Source: Marsupella aquatica (lineage: Eukaryota > Plantae > Marchantiophyta). Taken from it: 64,000 nucleotides of DNA. Both the position numbers and the translations under genes were made by a program. Under the pieces are notes generated by a model. It saw only the letters and a list, made by a program, of their open reading frames with translations, was not told where the DNA came from and ran no database searches. Location: the NCBI GenBank assembly GCA_973895155.1, contig OZ316892.1, positions 30,324,932 through 30,388,931 on the forward strand. The letters run 5' to 3'. Shown one piece after another: positions 1 to 11,300 of this stretch; positions within the stretch are counted from its first letter, which is position 1, and each line of letters starts with the position of its first letter.

Positions 1-2
1 TA

Positions 3-1946
3 GCTGCTCATAGTGGAGCTATAAAAGTAAATTGGGCCCTACTTCTGTTTAATGTAATGAAGGATCAAGTAAGGAGCTTGGAAGCAGGGAGGACCACTTG
101 CTTACAGAATTATCTCTCTCAGCTCTATTATACTCATGACTGTTTATATCTGGAGGAAGAGACAGAGAGGGGGTTACTCCTGATTGACTTGGGTATTGAA
201 GAAGAAATTCATATGGAGGACATTGTACATGTCACCCCATTGAATTCGAATGATCAGAACGTTGAGGTGAATGCTGATGTTCCTATGGAGGATACTTCAT
301 TAGAAATCCCTACACATTCTCCTATGCATAGCAGGGAAGTTGTTTGCCAATCAATAAGTAATGAGAATTTCCCTAGCCGGACTATGGATGCAGATCCACT
401 AGAAGCTGAAGAAGTAAGGAGCATTCATCAACAAGACGATGATGCTACACCAATTGATGCTGCTCCTCATGAGACCACCAGGTCCACTCCTTCGAAGGCA
501 GAGTCGAATCAGCAGCTTATTGATAAGTTGATATCTCTCCTCAGTTGTAGTGATGATGGACTATATGATGCTGTTAATAATTTGAGAATGGAGGCTGTTA
601 GTTTGGGATCACCATTTCATGATCAGCTAAGCCCTGTCATAATAACCTCTCCCCCAAGAGAACCAGCACCAATGGAGTTTGTGATCTGTACTCCTGTCAC
701 TGTACACCCCCCTCCCCTAGAAACAAGTGAGCCTATTCCAGTAACAGATAGTATCAGCTGTGTGGCTATTGTGGATGACTTGTTAGAACTACTACAGTGT
801 GAACCTCGACAGATAGCATCTGTGGTCCGCAACTTGGTCCAACAATGTCCAACTGCTAGTCCTACTTCTAGCCCAGGTTCACAACCTTACAACCCTGATT
901 CCAACTACGAACCCACAGAAGGACCCACCTACAATCGGTCACAATATGAGCACCCTTTTGACAGAGAAGATCTACCTGAAGACTCTGATCCACCCTCAGA
1001 TGGTGAAACTTATAGATCTTATGATAATTCTCTTGAGTCATCCCCAAGGCAGGGATTTGAAGATGTTGATACTGCCTTAAGATCCAATCCAAACTTAGTA
1101 GCAGTTGTCACTTCATCTACTCAAACACCTCGGAATGCCACCATCGAGAGTAGATGCCCGAGACATCCCGAGTCCCAAGTGCACAGGTATGTGGAGACCT
1201 GTAAGATTATGCAGGCCAACAGACCACCGGTTGGAGAATTTTGGAAATACTACTATCTCAAGAAGACAGAGGCCAGTTATATCTTCGACCTCAGGTGTTT
1301 TGGAACTTCCAGACTGGAGATGGCACAATTCGATGAGTTTTGGACTGACTCTCTCTATTTCCGACCCATTCTTGCTGTGATGCTACTTCAAGGAGATGTG
1401 GAGGTGGAGGATTCAGATTTAGTTCTGACATATTTTGGAAATTTGGCAGCTTATGCCCTAGATTTTGTGGTTTCTTTTCTCATGCAGAGTAAGAAATCTA
1501 CTTCTCCCCAGAACGCTTACCTTCCTCGAGAGCCCAAGGTTACCCTTGTTTCAACCAGTTCATTAGCTGAGAAACAGAGAATCTGGAACAATGTCACCTC
1601 TCAAACTCTGGCCAACTTCAATCGGTATTTCAGAGATGTCAAATGGAGGCTTCACCCTTTCTATTCCAGGATGCTGAACTCTGATGAATTTCTATACCAT
1701 TATCCCCAAGTATATGCTGCTACTTGCAATAATTATGACGTGATTGGGATATATAGAGAAGCTCTTCGAATAGACATATGTTATCTAAGGAGAAGAATGC
1801 CCCTGATGTATCCTGAAAGGCAATTGAGATGCCTACCCTACTCTCGAGGATCCCCACGCCAGGCTGAGCTGATGGAAGTTACTCAAGCTCGGACTGTTAC
1901 CCTCGTGGAGCTACTCGAACCAGAAGACATCCGACAACAAGCTTGA
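3..1946 (+). CDS. LTR-encoded accessory protein of family A (N-terminus outside the window)
   Basis: Frame is open from position 3 (AAHSGAIKVNWALLLFNVMKDQV...). Clear homolog of the 800-aa ORF at 41152-43554, and the C-terminal ~280 aa are highly similar. Confidence 0.8.
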   Translation, partial: AAHSGAIKVNWALLLFNVMKDQVRSLEAGRTTCLQNYLSQLYYTHDCLYLEEETERGLLLIDLGIEEEIHMEDIVHVTPLNSNDQNVEVNADVPMEDTSLEIPTHSPMHSREVVCQSISNENFPSRTMDADPLEAEEVRSIHQQDDDATPIDAAPHETTRSTPSKAESNQQLIDKLISLLSCSDDGLYDAVNNLRMEAVSLGSPFHDQLSPVIITSPPREPAPMEFVICTPVTVHPPPLETSEPIPVTDSISCVAIVDDLLELLQCEPRQIASVVRNLVQQCPTASPTSSPGSQPYNPDSNYEPTEGPTYNRSQYEHPFDREDLPEDSDPPSDGETYRSYDNSLESSPRQGFEDVDTALRSNPNLVAVVTSSTQTPRNATIESRCPRHPESQVHRYVETCKIMQANRPPVGEFWKYYYLKKTEASYIFDLRCFGTSRLEMAQFDEFWTDSLYFRPILAVMLLQGDVEVEDSDLVLTYFGNLAAYALDFVVSFLMQSKKSTSPQNAYLPREPKVTLVSTSSLAEKQRIWNNVTSQTLANFNRYFRDVKWRLHPFYSRMLNSDEFLYHYPQVYAATCNNYDVIGIYREALRIDICYLRRRMPLMYPERQLRCLPYSRGSPRQAELMEVTQARTVTLVELLEPEDIRQQA

Positions 1947-2164
1947 GGCAGAATCTAAGTCTTTTTAGTTAAGTTTTAAGAATAGTGCATCTTTCCCTAT
2001 TTTTCAAAATGTGTTATAGAGCTTTAAAAGCTATGAAACTTATTTAGTGTGTAGTCTGTACCTAGGAAAACCTACTGGCAAAATTTCAGAATTTTCCGAG
2101 CCAAGAGTAGAAAGTTAAAAATAGTTGAATTTGGTAAGTCTTTAAGTCTATCGCATTCACCAGA

Positions 2165-2226
2165 TTACGCCTTTATGTTTTTACGCTTTTACGCGATTAC
2201 ATCTTTACGTTTTTACGCTTTTACGG
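2165..2226 (+). repeat. Degenerate short tandem repeat (TTTTACG-like) in the A1 LTR
   Basis: ttacgcc-tttatg-tttttacgc-ttttacgcg-attacatc-tttacg-tttttacgc-tttttacgg. Confidence 0.6.
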
Positions 2227-3140
2227 GTTCTTACTTAGCCATTTCCCGGCTTTTCACTTACTGAATCGTTGTTTTGACTTTTTGAGGAGTATGAAGAGGC
2301 ATGTCTCTTCGACCCTATGACCTCTTACCCTGTAGGCTTTTACTATAAGACCCCTCCACCACTAGTGTAGAAGTATGGTTAAGTTATGCATTTTTGCCTT
2401 TTCCTTGTGTTAAACTAGTTGATCATGAACCTATGAGTTCGAGATCAGGTTTAACATTTGGAGAGACTTACCTCCTTCTTGTGTTTTTACCTATGATTTT
2501 ACCTGTGATTATAAACACAGGAAGCAAATCTTTTGAGTTGTGATGACAGATTCCTTGTTGGTGACTCATTGCAATCTCCTGAGTTCTTAAAGTTAACTCA
2601 TTGAGTTTAAGTCTCATTGAAATTGATGGATTTTCTTTCATGTTGCTTAGTAACATCTAAATGTTGAAGTAGCCACTCTTTTAGATCTTATCTGAGTACC
2701 ACTTAGAAAGAAAGGATAAGACATGTTTACGACATTTTAAAAGGTACTCTCGTAAGCAGTTTAGATTTGAAAAGCAAACGTGGATTTGAATCCTTAAGTC
2801 TTTTCATTTTGACTTATGTCTAAGGAGTAACCTTGGTCTATTCTAGACTCCCTTAGCGTACTTTGAGATTATTTTCTCTTGTGTTTTGTTAATCATTCCT
2901 TTTTCATTAATTTATGGTTACCCAATGCTGAGTTATCATTGAAAACTACTCACCGCTGTGGAGCGATCTTCAAAATACCTTATTAAAGTAATCAATTCTG
3001 ATTACTATGTGTTAAAGAGAGTTTTTAAACTCTCATTTGTGTTTTTATGTATCAAACCAACCCCATCTTGTTCTTTATGGGAACGAATACCGAGTTTGAA
3101 GACCTTTAAGTGTGTTTTTGGTTCTTCATAGCAAACTACA

Positions 3141-6100
3141 AGCAACGTCAATCAAGCGGCACATTTCTGGGGATGCCTGTTCGAACGGGCAACTGAGTAC
3201 ATCAAGACTTACGAGGACGAAGAATCAGAAAGGGCAGCTCGAGAACGACAGGAGCTTGCTTGATTGTGGGAGCTGCAGAAGACGGCTTTCTTAGGAGGCG
3301 AACTCATCAAGGCCGAGTTCTTGTGGACTCCTACTTCCAATCAGCTCGACGATCTTCTGTTTTGCAAAGACAGAATTGTCGGCATACGGGAGGCCATCAA
3401 GAACTACAACGACATCCATTGGGAGTTGAAGGGTAGTATGGAGAGGTGGACCCAGGCAACGGTGCTAGGAGAAACATCCATGGCAGCCAAGATGAAGAGG
3501 AAGGGAGCCGTCAACGAAGAAGCCACCCCGGCAAAAAGAACGAGGTCAGCGGCACCAAAGAAGCCAGAGCAGGAGACAGGGAGAAGCCAAAGAGGAGGAG
3601 GTCGATCCCATCAATGCCATTCCAACCAGGGATGACACCTGGAAAGGCTGGGCGGCAACCCTACCAGAGGAGGTGCAGCTACATTTTGCACGGGAGGAGG
3701 ATGCATGCTTTACGGCCATGCAGACCAAGAAGTACCAAGGCTTCATGGCCGGATCCGACTTGGAGGCCTTTGTAAGATTACCATGGCTGAAGCCGGAGGT
3801 GCCGGATTTAGACCTATTAGAGTTCGTGGGGTCATGGGAACCCGAGACCAATTCCACGAGGATATATGGGAAGGATTTCTATCTTACTCCCAAGGTGATT
3901 GCCGAAGTGTTTGGCTTGCCGATAGGCAATAAGACCAAAGTCGATACCAGGAAGACCTTGCCTAACAAGGAGTTCCGATCGTTCCCCGGCCCATCAACGA
4001 AGAATGGCTTCTTCCGGAACACCTGCACCAACCCGCACATAGGAGAGATGATCGACTTCTTGCGGGTGACCATGCATTGTAACTTGCCAAGAGCAGAGAT
4101 CGGCAAGGCACAGGTCTATCTGGCAGAAAGGCTAGACCCAACCCGGGACTACAACGGGTACCTCCTCAACCAATTGAAGAAGATCTTAAAGGAGGAGCAA
4201 CAGGTAATCGGCCTGGGGAGCGTATCGCGGCTTGGTTATCACATGCCGCTGTTGTGCCAGTATGCCAGAGGTCAGACCTTTGCCCCCACACTTCCCCTGC
4301 AGGTAAGGGCACCAGAGGAAGCTCCAGCATTGAGGCTGGTAGCAGAGAAGCCTCAACCGCCTGTTAGCCCTACGATTGAGCAGGTGTTTAAGCCAAGGAA
4401 AGAGGACCAGCCGATGCAGCAACCAAGCATGCAGAATCTGCTGAAATTGCTGGAGAAGGAAAAGGCGGCACCGGTACCGGCACCGGCTTCGGCATCGGCA
4501 CCAATACAGGACACTGCCCCAGAGGTCAGCCTAAGCAGACTTAGGGGGGAAAACCCCTTTACCGGAACTAAGGAGAGAATTAGGCCGGAATCCAAGCCGG
4601 GAGTTCGAATGTACGTGGGAGTCACAAGCTCTGAATCTGAGGCAGAACTGCCTGAAGCTCCTACCGGCGAAGAGGAGAGGGAGAAGCCGGAAGTCCAACC
4701 AGTAGAGGAGGCAGTGGAGGACTGCAGCCATGATAACTCCGGCTATGGGTCGGACCATCACGTTCCAGGAGTAAGGACCTGTGGCCGGTTTATCCCCACA
4801 CTTCCGAGGGTAGTTCGAGGGGACCCCAACCAATAGAGTAGCCCCGAGTCTCCCCCACCAGATGTTGCTCCCCCGAGCTTTGACGGCATAAAGCAGACGG
4901 CACAGGAATTTCAGGAGCGACTTAGGGAAGCAGAGAAGGCAGCCCTCGCTAGGGAAAAGAATTTGCCAGGAGGAGATTGGCCGGAGGACATCAGGCGGCT
5001 AGCCGAAAAAGGAAGCAAACCTCTAGCCACGATTGAAGAAATCCGCAAGACGGCTTGGGAGCAGAGGCCGCAATGGGCAATGCCGATCACTACTAATTAC
5101 TCCACCTACGCTAAAAATAGAGCCATGGAGTATGGTGAGATGTGTGGGGAACTTGCGCTCAACATCTTTGGGGAGGAGTTGGAGGTAGGACCCCTTTTCC
5201 AGAGGGAGCAGTTGGAAAAGCACCAATTAGAAGAAGCGGTGGCTTTAGAGAGAAGCAAGAAGGACGAGGTCATCCGGCGGCTTAGGAGGATGGAAGCCGA
5301 GATTGAAGATCTAAGGGAGGCCAAGAAAGCCCAAGATGAACTGCGGATTAAGCGGCATGAGCTGAACATCATGCAGGGGCAGTTGGATACCGCGCGGGCT
5401 AATAGTCAGATTATCAAAGATAAACTGACTCAGACCCAGGGAGAATTGGCCGACGCAATCAAGGATAGAGAGAAGTGGAAGAAGGAGCTGAGAGACGCAG
5501 AGGAGGCCCATATAGCAGCCAACAACCGGGTCATGGCGGACACTCAGAGAAGGGAGAGGGCACTGAAGGGAGAGCTCGAGGTCATCCGAAGAGCCCTTGA
5601 GCAGAAGGAGGCCGAGTTAGGGAAATCCTATCAAGGGATTATTGCGCTACAGCAAGAGCTTGCATCCCTGAAGGCCAGCTTCAAGGCCGACTTGCGAGAG
5701 AAGGATGCCCAGCTCGACCAGACTTATGCCAAGATGAATAATATGGAGTCTAAGGTCATAGCGGAGCTCGACAAGGAGCTAAAAGCAACCCAGGAGGAGA
5801 GGGCTACCACCAAGAAGGAATTGGAGGAAGCCCACAAGGAATTGGAGGAAGCCAAGAACGAGCTGGAGGAGGCACGTAAAGACCTGGATGAGACCCAGGA
5901 GGAGTTGGAGGAGATCACAAGGAAGATGGAGAACCTAAGGCGGCGGGCCGACAACCAAACAGAGCGGCTGAAGAAACAAGCCGCAGTATTTAAATGCTTA
6001 GTTGCATCAGGTCCATCTCCCGCTGGAGCAAACCAGTTACCAGGAGTGGTAATTGCCGAAGGACCAGCCGTGACACACGTCCCCATGCCGGATGTTGGCG

Positions 6101-6161
6101 GCAAGGGAAAGGAACCGGCTGTGGAGGTAGTGAAGAAGAAGAAGCGGAAACCTTCGGGGTC
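3141..6161 (+). pseudogene. B2 LTR-encoded PMD-like/coiled-coil ORF, middle part (stops, frameshift, split by insertions A1 and C1)
   Basis: ORF pieces 3264-3635, 3673-4836 and 4963-6204 match the B1 LTR ORF. Stops at 3261 (TGA) and 4834 (TAG), and an 11-bp deletion near 3567. Confidence 0.85.
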
Positions 6162-6520
6162 TGTGACGCCGCCGGTATGGCGGTTAATGAGTGATTCGGT
6201 CTAACTGCGCTCAACACGCACGTTAGGAGTATCTTAGGCCACTATTATTAGCATAACGACAGTATTTAGGTAATCATTATGGATAGGACATCATTAGGCA
6301 ATAAGGGGGAATTCAGGTTTGGACTGGCGGCGGGTCGCTATTCGCACACCTGGGTTACGAGCGTGGAGGGGCCCCTCCCTCCGGTCCGTATAACAAACTT
6401 AAGGAAGCGACCACTGACCCGCGCTGACTCAGACCGGCGGAGTGGCCGGTACACCTCAAGCGTGAGCGGTTCAGCCTATGGGCGTCGAGGAGACGTCGGG
6501 GGATCGGCAAGCCCTCAAGG

Positions 6521-6528
6521 TATAAAAA
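6521..6528 (+). promoter_or_regulatory. TATA box upstream of the C LTR ORF (5' LTR)
   Basis: GGTATAAAAAGG about 100 nt before ATG 6629, followed by a pyrimidine-rich leader. Same motif at 31186. Confidence 0.55.
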
Positions 6529-8319
6529 GGGAGCCGACCCTTTGGAGTGCACCAGTCCATCAGTCCACGCGCCAGCTTTGACCCCAGCTCTCTCGCTCGC
6601 TCTAAGTTGCCACTACTATCTCCTCTGAATGTTGCACACGATCCTCTCCAGCTCGGCCATTCAATTCTGGACGCAGTTCCTATCTACCGGAAGGCACTTG
6701 GCCGACTCATTGAAACACGCCAACCCGCACCGATACAAAATCGAACGCGAGTACGAGAGAGCTATCCGCCTAGCCGGACGTCACCACTATATCCTTAACT
6801 TTGACTACCCGTCTCAGAGCGAGCTTTACCGACCAGCAAAGGTATCTAGGTACTTCTTCAACGGAGACAAATATACCGGTTTCTGGGAAGCATTGCTTTG
6901 GCTTCCGGACGAGGTCTTCAATATCCCGGGTACAATCGACTTGCAACGACATCACTTTGACCACATCCCTGCTCAGGTTCGGGCTATCATCAACAGCGAG
7001 TCCAGCACTACCCGTTCGACAAGGTCGTCTGCACTTGCTTCGGAGAACTTCTACTAGCACCTACAGAGCTTCATGGGAACTCGACCATCAACCAACATGA
7101 CCAACTCACCCGTACCTGTACCCATGCAACCTCAGGCTCAACCTCAGGCTCAGCTTCAGCTTCAGCCTTAGCCGCAACCTAGCCAAACCCCACCACCGAT
7201 TGCCCAGCCGGCACAAGTACGCTCCGTCATCAACGTTGTGGATCTTAGCGATGACAACGAGGCTACCCCACCCTTGACCAGGCGGCCCAGAGGAACAAGC
7301 GCTCAGGGGGCCGGCACTATATCGTCCCTGCCCCCTACTCTGACCCCAGGAGCGGCCCCGGCAGACATGGTGACCGTGGCCGCCCCGGGCCCGTTACTAA
7401 CGGCAGTGGCACTACCCAGGCCCGATCGGAAGGATGGGGAAGTGTCACCTTCCCTGAGCCAGTCAAGGGGGAAGAAGAGGAAGGAATCCGCCACTGCATC
7501 CGGGTTACCATTGGCCACGGTAGCCGTGGCCAAGGTAACAATGCACCGCATGGGGGAAAACGTGCATAAGAATATCCTTCATCCCAAGCATGCGGTGTAC
7601 CTGAAGACTCAGGGATTCGAGCACCTCGCCGCTCTGCCCTGGAACACTTGCACGTACTACGGGGAGGACATGACGGAATTCGTCAAGAATTATGATGATA
7701 CACGTCAGCAAACTCGGATGCGGGGAAGGAATATGTCCCTCACGGAAGAACAGCTCAGGATGATCTTCGGATTACCCGAAGGTGACCATCGAGTCGAATC
7801 ACGGGCTCCCGGGGGCAAGGGAGCCAAGTACCAATCTTCAAGTTTTCCCTCAGAGGGAGCAGTGGACAACGGGTTCGTGATGAGGACCTGCCTCATCCCC
7901 GAGATAGCTGAGCGACTGGAGTTCTAGAGGTACGCCCTCCACATGATGGAACCCCGGGGGGAGATCTCCGCCGCCCAGGTTATCCAGGTCGAGAACTATC
8001 GACCTAGGAAGTGGGCGTCGTACTTCGCTAAGAAATTCCATGGAGAGATGGAGCGGCGAAGGAAGACACTGTACATTGGCGGGAAGGCGTACTTCGCTAG
8101 CCACATCGAGATCATTCTTGAGTGGTATGCTCGGTTTGATCGACGAACCCTTCCCCGTGTCAACGTTACAAAGCTGGTCCCGGCTAGGTGGGTTTTCCCG
8201 GCCTTGGAGAGACGGCCCCAACCCGAGGCCCGAAGTCCGGCGGACACGCCAGCTTCACCCACCCCACCTCCACAAGTAGCTGTGGTCGTAACCGAGGAGG
8301 TACCGGAGGGGTCGGTTGT

Positions 8320-11300
8320 TGTGGTGCGTCCCATGGCTCCCTAAACCCAAGCAACCCCCCAGCTCAAGCCGATTCCCGCGGGTTTCACGCTTGGCGAGGC
8401 CGTTTCCGCGGCTTAGCGGCATGGGACGCTGCTAACCTTCTACTACTACTATTAACATTTTACACACATATACTGGACAGATCCTTCATCGGGTCATGAG
8501 ATACGTAGCCGGCCTAATATAGGCCTTCCCCTGTCTTCCCCTGTCTTCCCCTCCGTCTTGTTAGGTATGTTTGGATTCCGCCGCCGGAATGATCCCCAAT
8601 AGGCTTGGTTAAGCCGCTAAGACCTCTCTCAGCTCGACACATCCAACTCTCACTCCCCTGCTTACTTTCCTTCCTTCTGTTGATGTGGGCACTCTTCACA
8701 CAAGTTAATGCGACACACAAATAGCAAAATGACTCATTCTGACTGAGTCATACCATGCACTTGCCATACAAACAGTACATCTCATACACAAGTTCTGCGA
8801 ACTAAGCCGTGAGGCCAACTCTATTCAGCTCTTAGGCATGAGGAAACATGAATATACACAAGGGTCACTGTATGACTAACCGAGAGCTTCTCGTACTACT
8901 TGATCCCAGCCCGGCTGGTGCAAACTAAAAACTTGCTAAAGAAGAGGCCCTGAGCTCCCCGCTGCCCAGGTACTTATCCTGGTAGTGGATCCGCCATTCT
9001 TTGCATCGTAAGCCTAATCTACTTAACAGTAATCTACTTGCCCGAATCTACCTATGTACAGCAAGGCAGGAGCACAAGTGTTGCTCCTACCAGTGGGACC
9101 GCAATCCCACTAAGCTAAGTGTCAGGGCCGCTCCTGGTTCTGATCCTAATCCTAAACGTGGAGATCCGTGCCCGCCCTGCCCACTCACGCCTCCTCCCTC
9201 CACGTCCGCCCTCCCTAAAAGGAACGGCGCCCTTGCACCGTCACGACACCGGTGGTGGATCCTCAATGGACGCCCCCAACACTTCCTCCGCAGCCACTGC
9301 CGTTGGCCCGCCTACTGACAGATTACCTGCCCTTGACCGAGTCAACTCTCCCTCGGCCTGACTGGGTCCACCTTCGGCTTCAGCCTCGACACCGGCCTCG
9401 GCAATACCCACGGCTTCGGCTTCAACCACCCCCACGGCTTCGGCTTCAGCCACTCCCACGGCTTCGGCCTCAGCCACTCCCACGGCTTCGGCCTCCCCTT
9501 CCCCTAGGGTAGTTGGATCCTTAGCCGTGACCCTGTCTGGGGTCGGTGCTGGGTCTACCTCCTTGATCACCACGGCCTGTGAAGTCGTATTACTCCTTGA
9601 CCCTGAAGGTTTCCGCTTCTTCTTCGTTGGTGGCTCGGCAGCTGGTCCCTTCCCCTTCCCACTTACCTCCGGCACTGGTGCAGGTGGCGCGGCTTGTCCT
9701 TCGGCAATTACCACCCCTGGTAACTGGTTTGTCCCAACAGGAGATGGACCTGCTGCAGCTAAGCATTTAAATACTGCGGCTTGTTTCTTCAGCCGCTCTG
9801 TTTGGTTGTCGGCCCGCCGCTGTAGGTTCTCCATCTTCCTCGTGATTTCCTCCAACTCCTCTTGGGTTTCATCCAGGTCCTTACGTGCCCCCTCCAGCTC
9901 GTTTTTGGCCTCCTCCTGCTCCCTGTGGGCTTCCTCCAATTCCTTCTTCAAGGTAGCCTTCTCCTCCTGGGTTGCTCTTAGCTCCTTGTCGAGCTCTGCA
10001 ATGATGACAGACTCCATCTGGTTCATCTTGGCGTAAGTCTGTTCGAGCATCTCGTCCTTCTCCCTTAGGTCGGCCTTGAAGCTGGCCATCAGGGACGCAA
10101 GCTCCTGCTGCAGCGCCATAATCCCTTGATAGGATTTCCCTAACTCGACCTCCTTCTGCTCAAGGGCTCCGCGGATTTTCTCGAGCTCCCCTTTCAACGC
10201 CCATTCCTTTCTTTGGGTCTCCGCCATGGCCCGGCTGTTGGTTGTTATGTGGGCCTCCTCTGTATTCTTCAGCTCTTGCTTCCACTTTTCCCTTTCTTTG
10301 ATCGTGTCGGCCAATTCTTCCTGCGTCTGAGTCAGTTTATCCTTGATATTCTGATTATCAGCCTGCGCGGCGTCCAACTGCCCCTGCATGATGTTCAGCT
10401 CATGTCGTTTAATCCGCAGTTCATCTTGGGCTTTCTTGGCCGCCCTTAGATCTTCAATCTCGGCTTCCATCCTCCTAAGCCGCCGAATGACCTCGTCCTT
10501 CTTGCTTCTCTCTAAAGCCACCGCTTCTTCTAATTGGTGCTTCTCCAACTGCTCCCTATGGAAAAAGGGTCCTACCTCCAACTCCTCTCCAAAGATGCCG
10601 AGCGCAAGTTCCCCACACATCTCACCATACTCCATGGCTCTATCTTAGCGTAGGTGGAGTAAGTAGAAGTGATCGGCATCGCCCATCGTGGCCTCTGCTC
10701 CCAAGCCGTCCTGCGGATCTCTTCAATCGTGGCTAGAGGTTTGCTTCCTTTTTCGGCTAGCCGCCTGATGTCCTCCGGCCAATCTCCTCCTGGTAAATCC
10801 TTTTCCTTAGCCAGGGCGGCCTCTTCCTCCTGCTTGATTCGCTCCTGAAATTCCTGCACCGTCTGTTTTATGCCGTCGAAGCTCGGGGGAGCAACATCTG
10901 GTGGGGGAGACTCAGGGCTACTCTGCTGGTTGGGGTCCCCTCGCACTACCCTTGGAAGTGTGGGGACAAACCGGCCACAGGTCCTTACTCCTGGAACGTG
11001 ATGGTCCGACCCATAGCCGGAATTATCATGGCTGCAGTCCTCCACTGCCTCCTCTACCTCTTGGATTTCCGGCTTCTCCCTCTCCTCTTCCTCGGTAGGA
11101 GCTTCAGGCAATTCTGCCTCAGATTCGGAGCTTGAGGTTCCCACGTACATTCGAACACCTGGCTTGGATTCCGGCCTGATTCTCTCCTTGTCTCCAGCAA
11201 AGGGGTTTTCTCTTGTGAGCCGGTGTCGGCCTACCTCTGTAGTAGTGTCCTGCATTGTTGCCGTTGCCGTTGTTGTTGCCGATGCCGATTTCTTTTCTTT

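Larger units (their letters stand above)
1..3140 (+). mobile_element. Family A giant LTR, copy A1 (5'-truncated by the window; solo or 3' LTR)
   Basis: Ends ...GCAAACTACA at 3140, like the end of the A2 solo LTR. Colinear with the reverse complement of 39969-43070. Family-B LTR sequence resumes at 3141 (AGCAACGTCAATCAAGCGG, compare the reverse complement of 12603-12621). Confidence 0.85.

Noticed and set aside
2463-2475. ACTTACCT as a U1 snRNA 5' end
   Set aside because: No U1 body follows. At most it is an antisense splice-donor-like motif, conserved at ~40635.
4963-6204. Coiled-coil ORFs (also 9241-10635, 20143-21537, 24115-24843) as host myosin/SMC/tropomyosin genes
   Set aside because: They are C-terminal fragments of LTR-embedded ORFs, with no motor or ATPase motifs.
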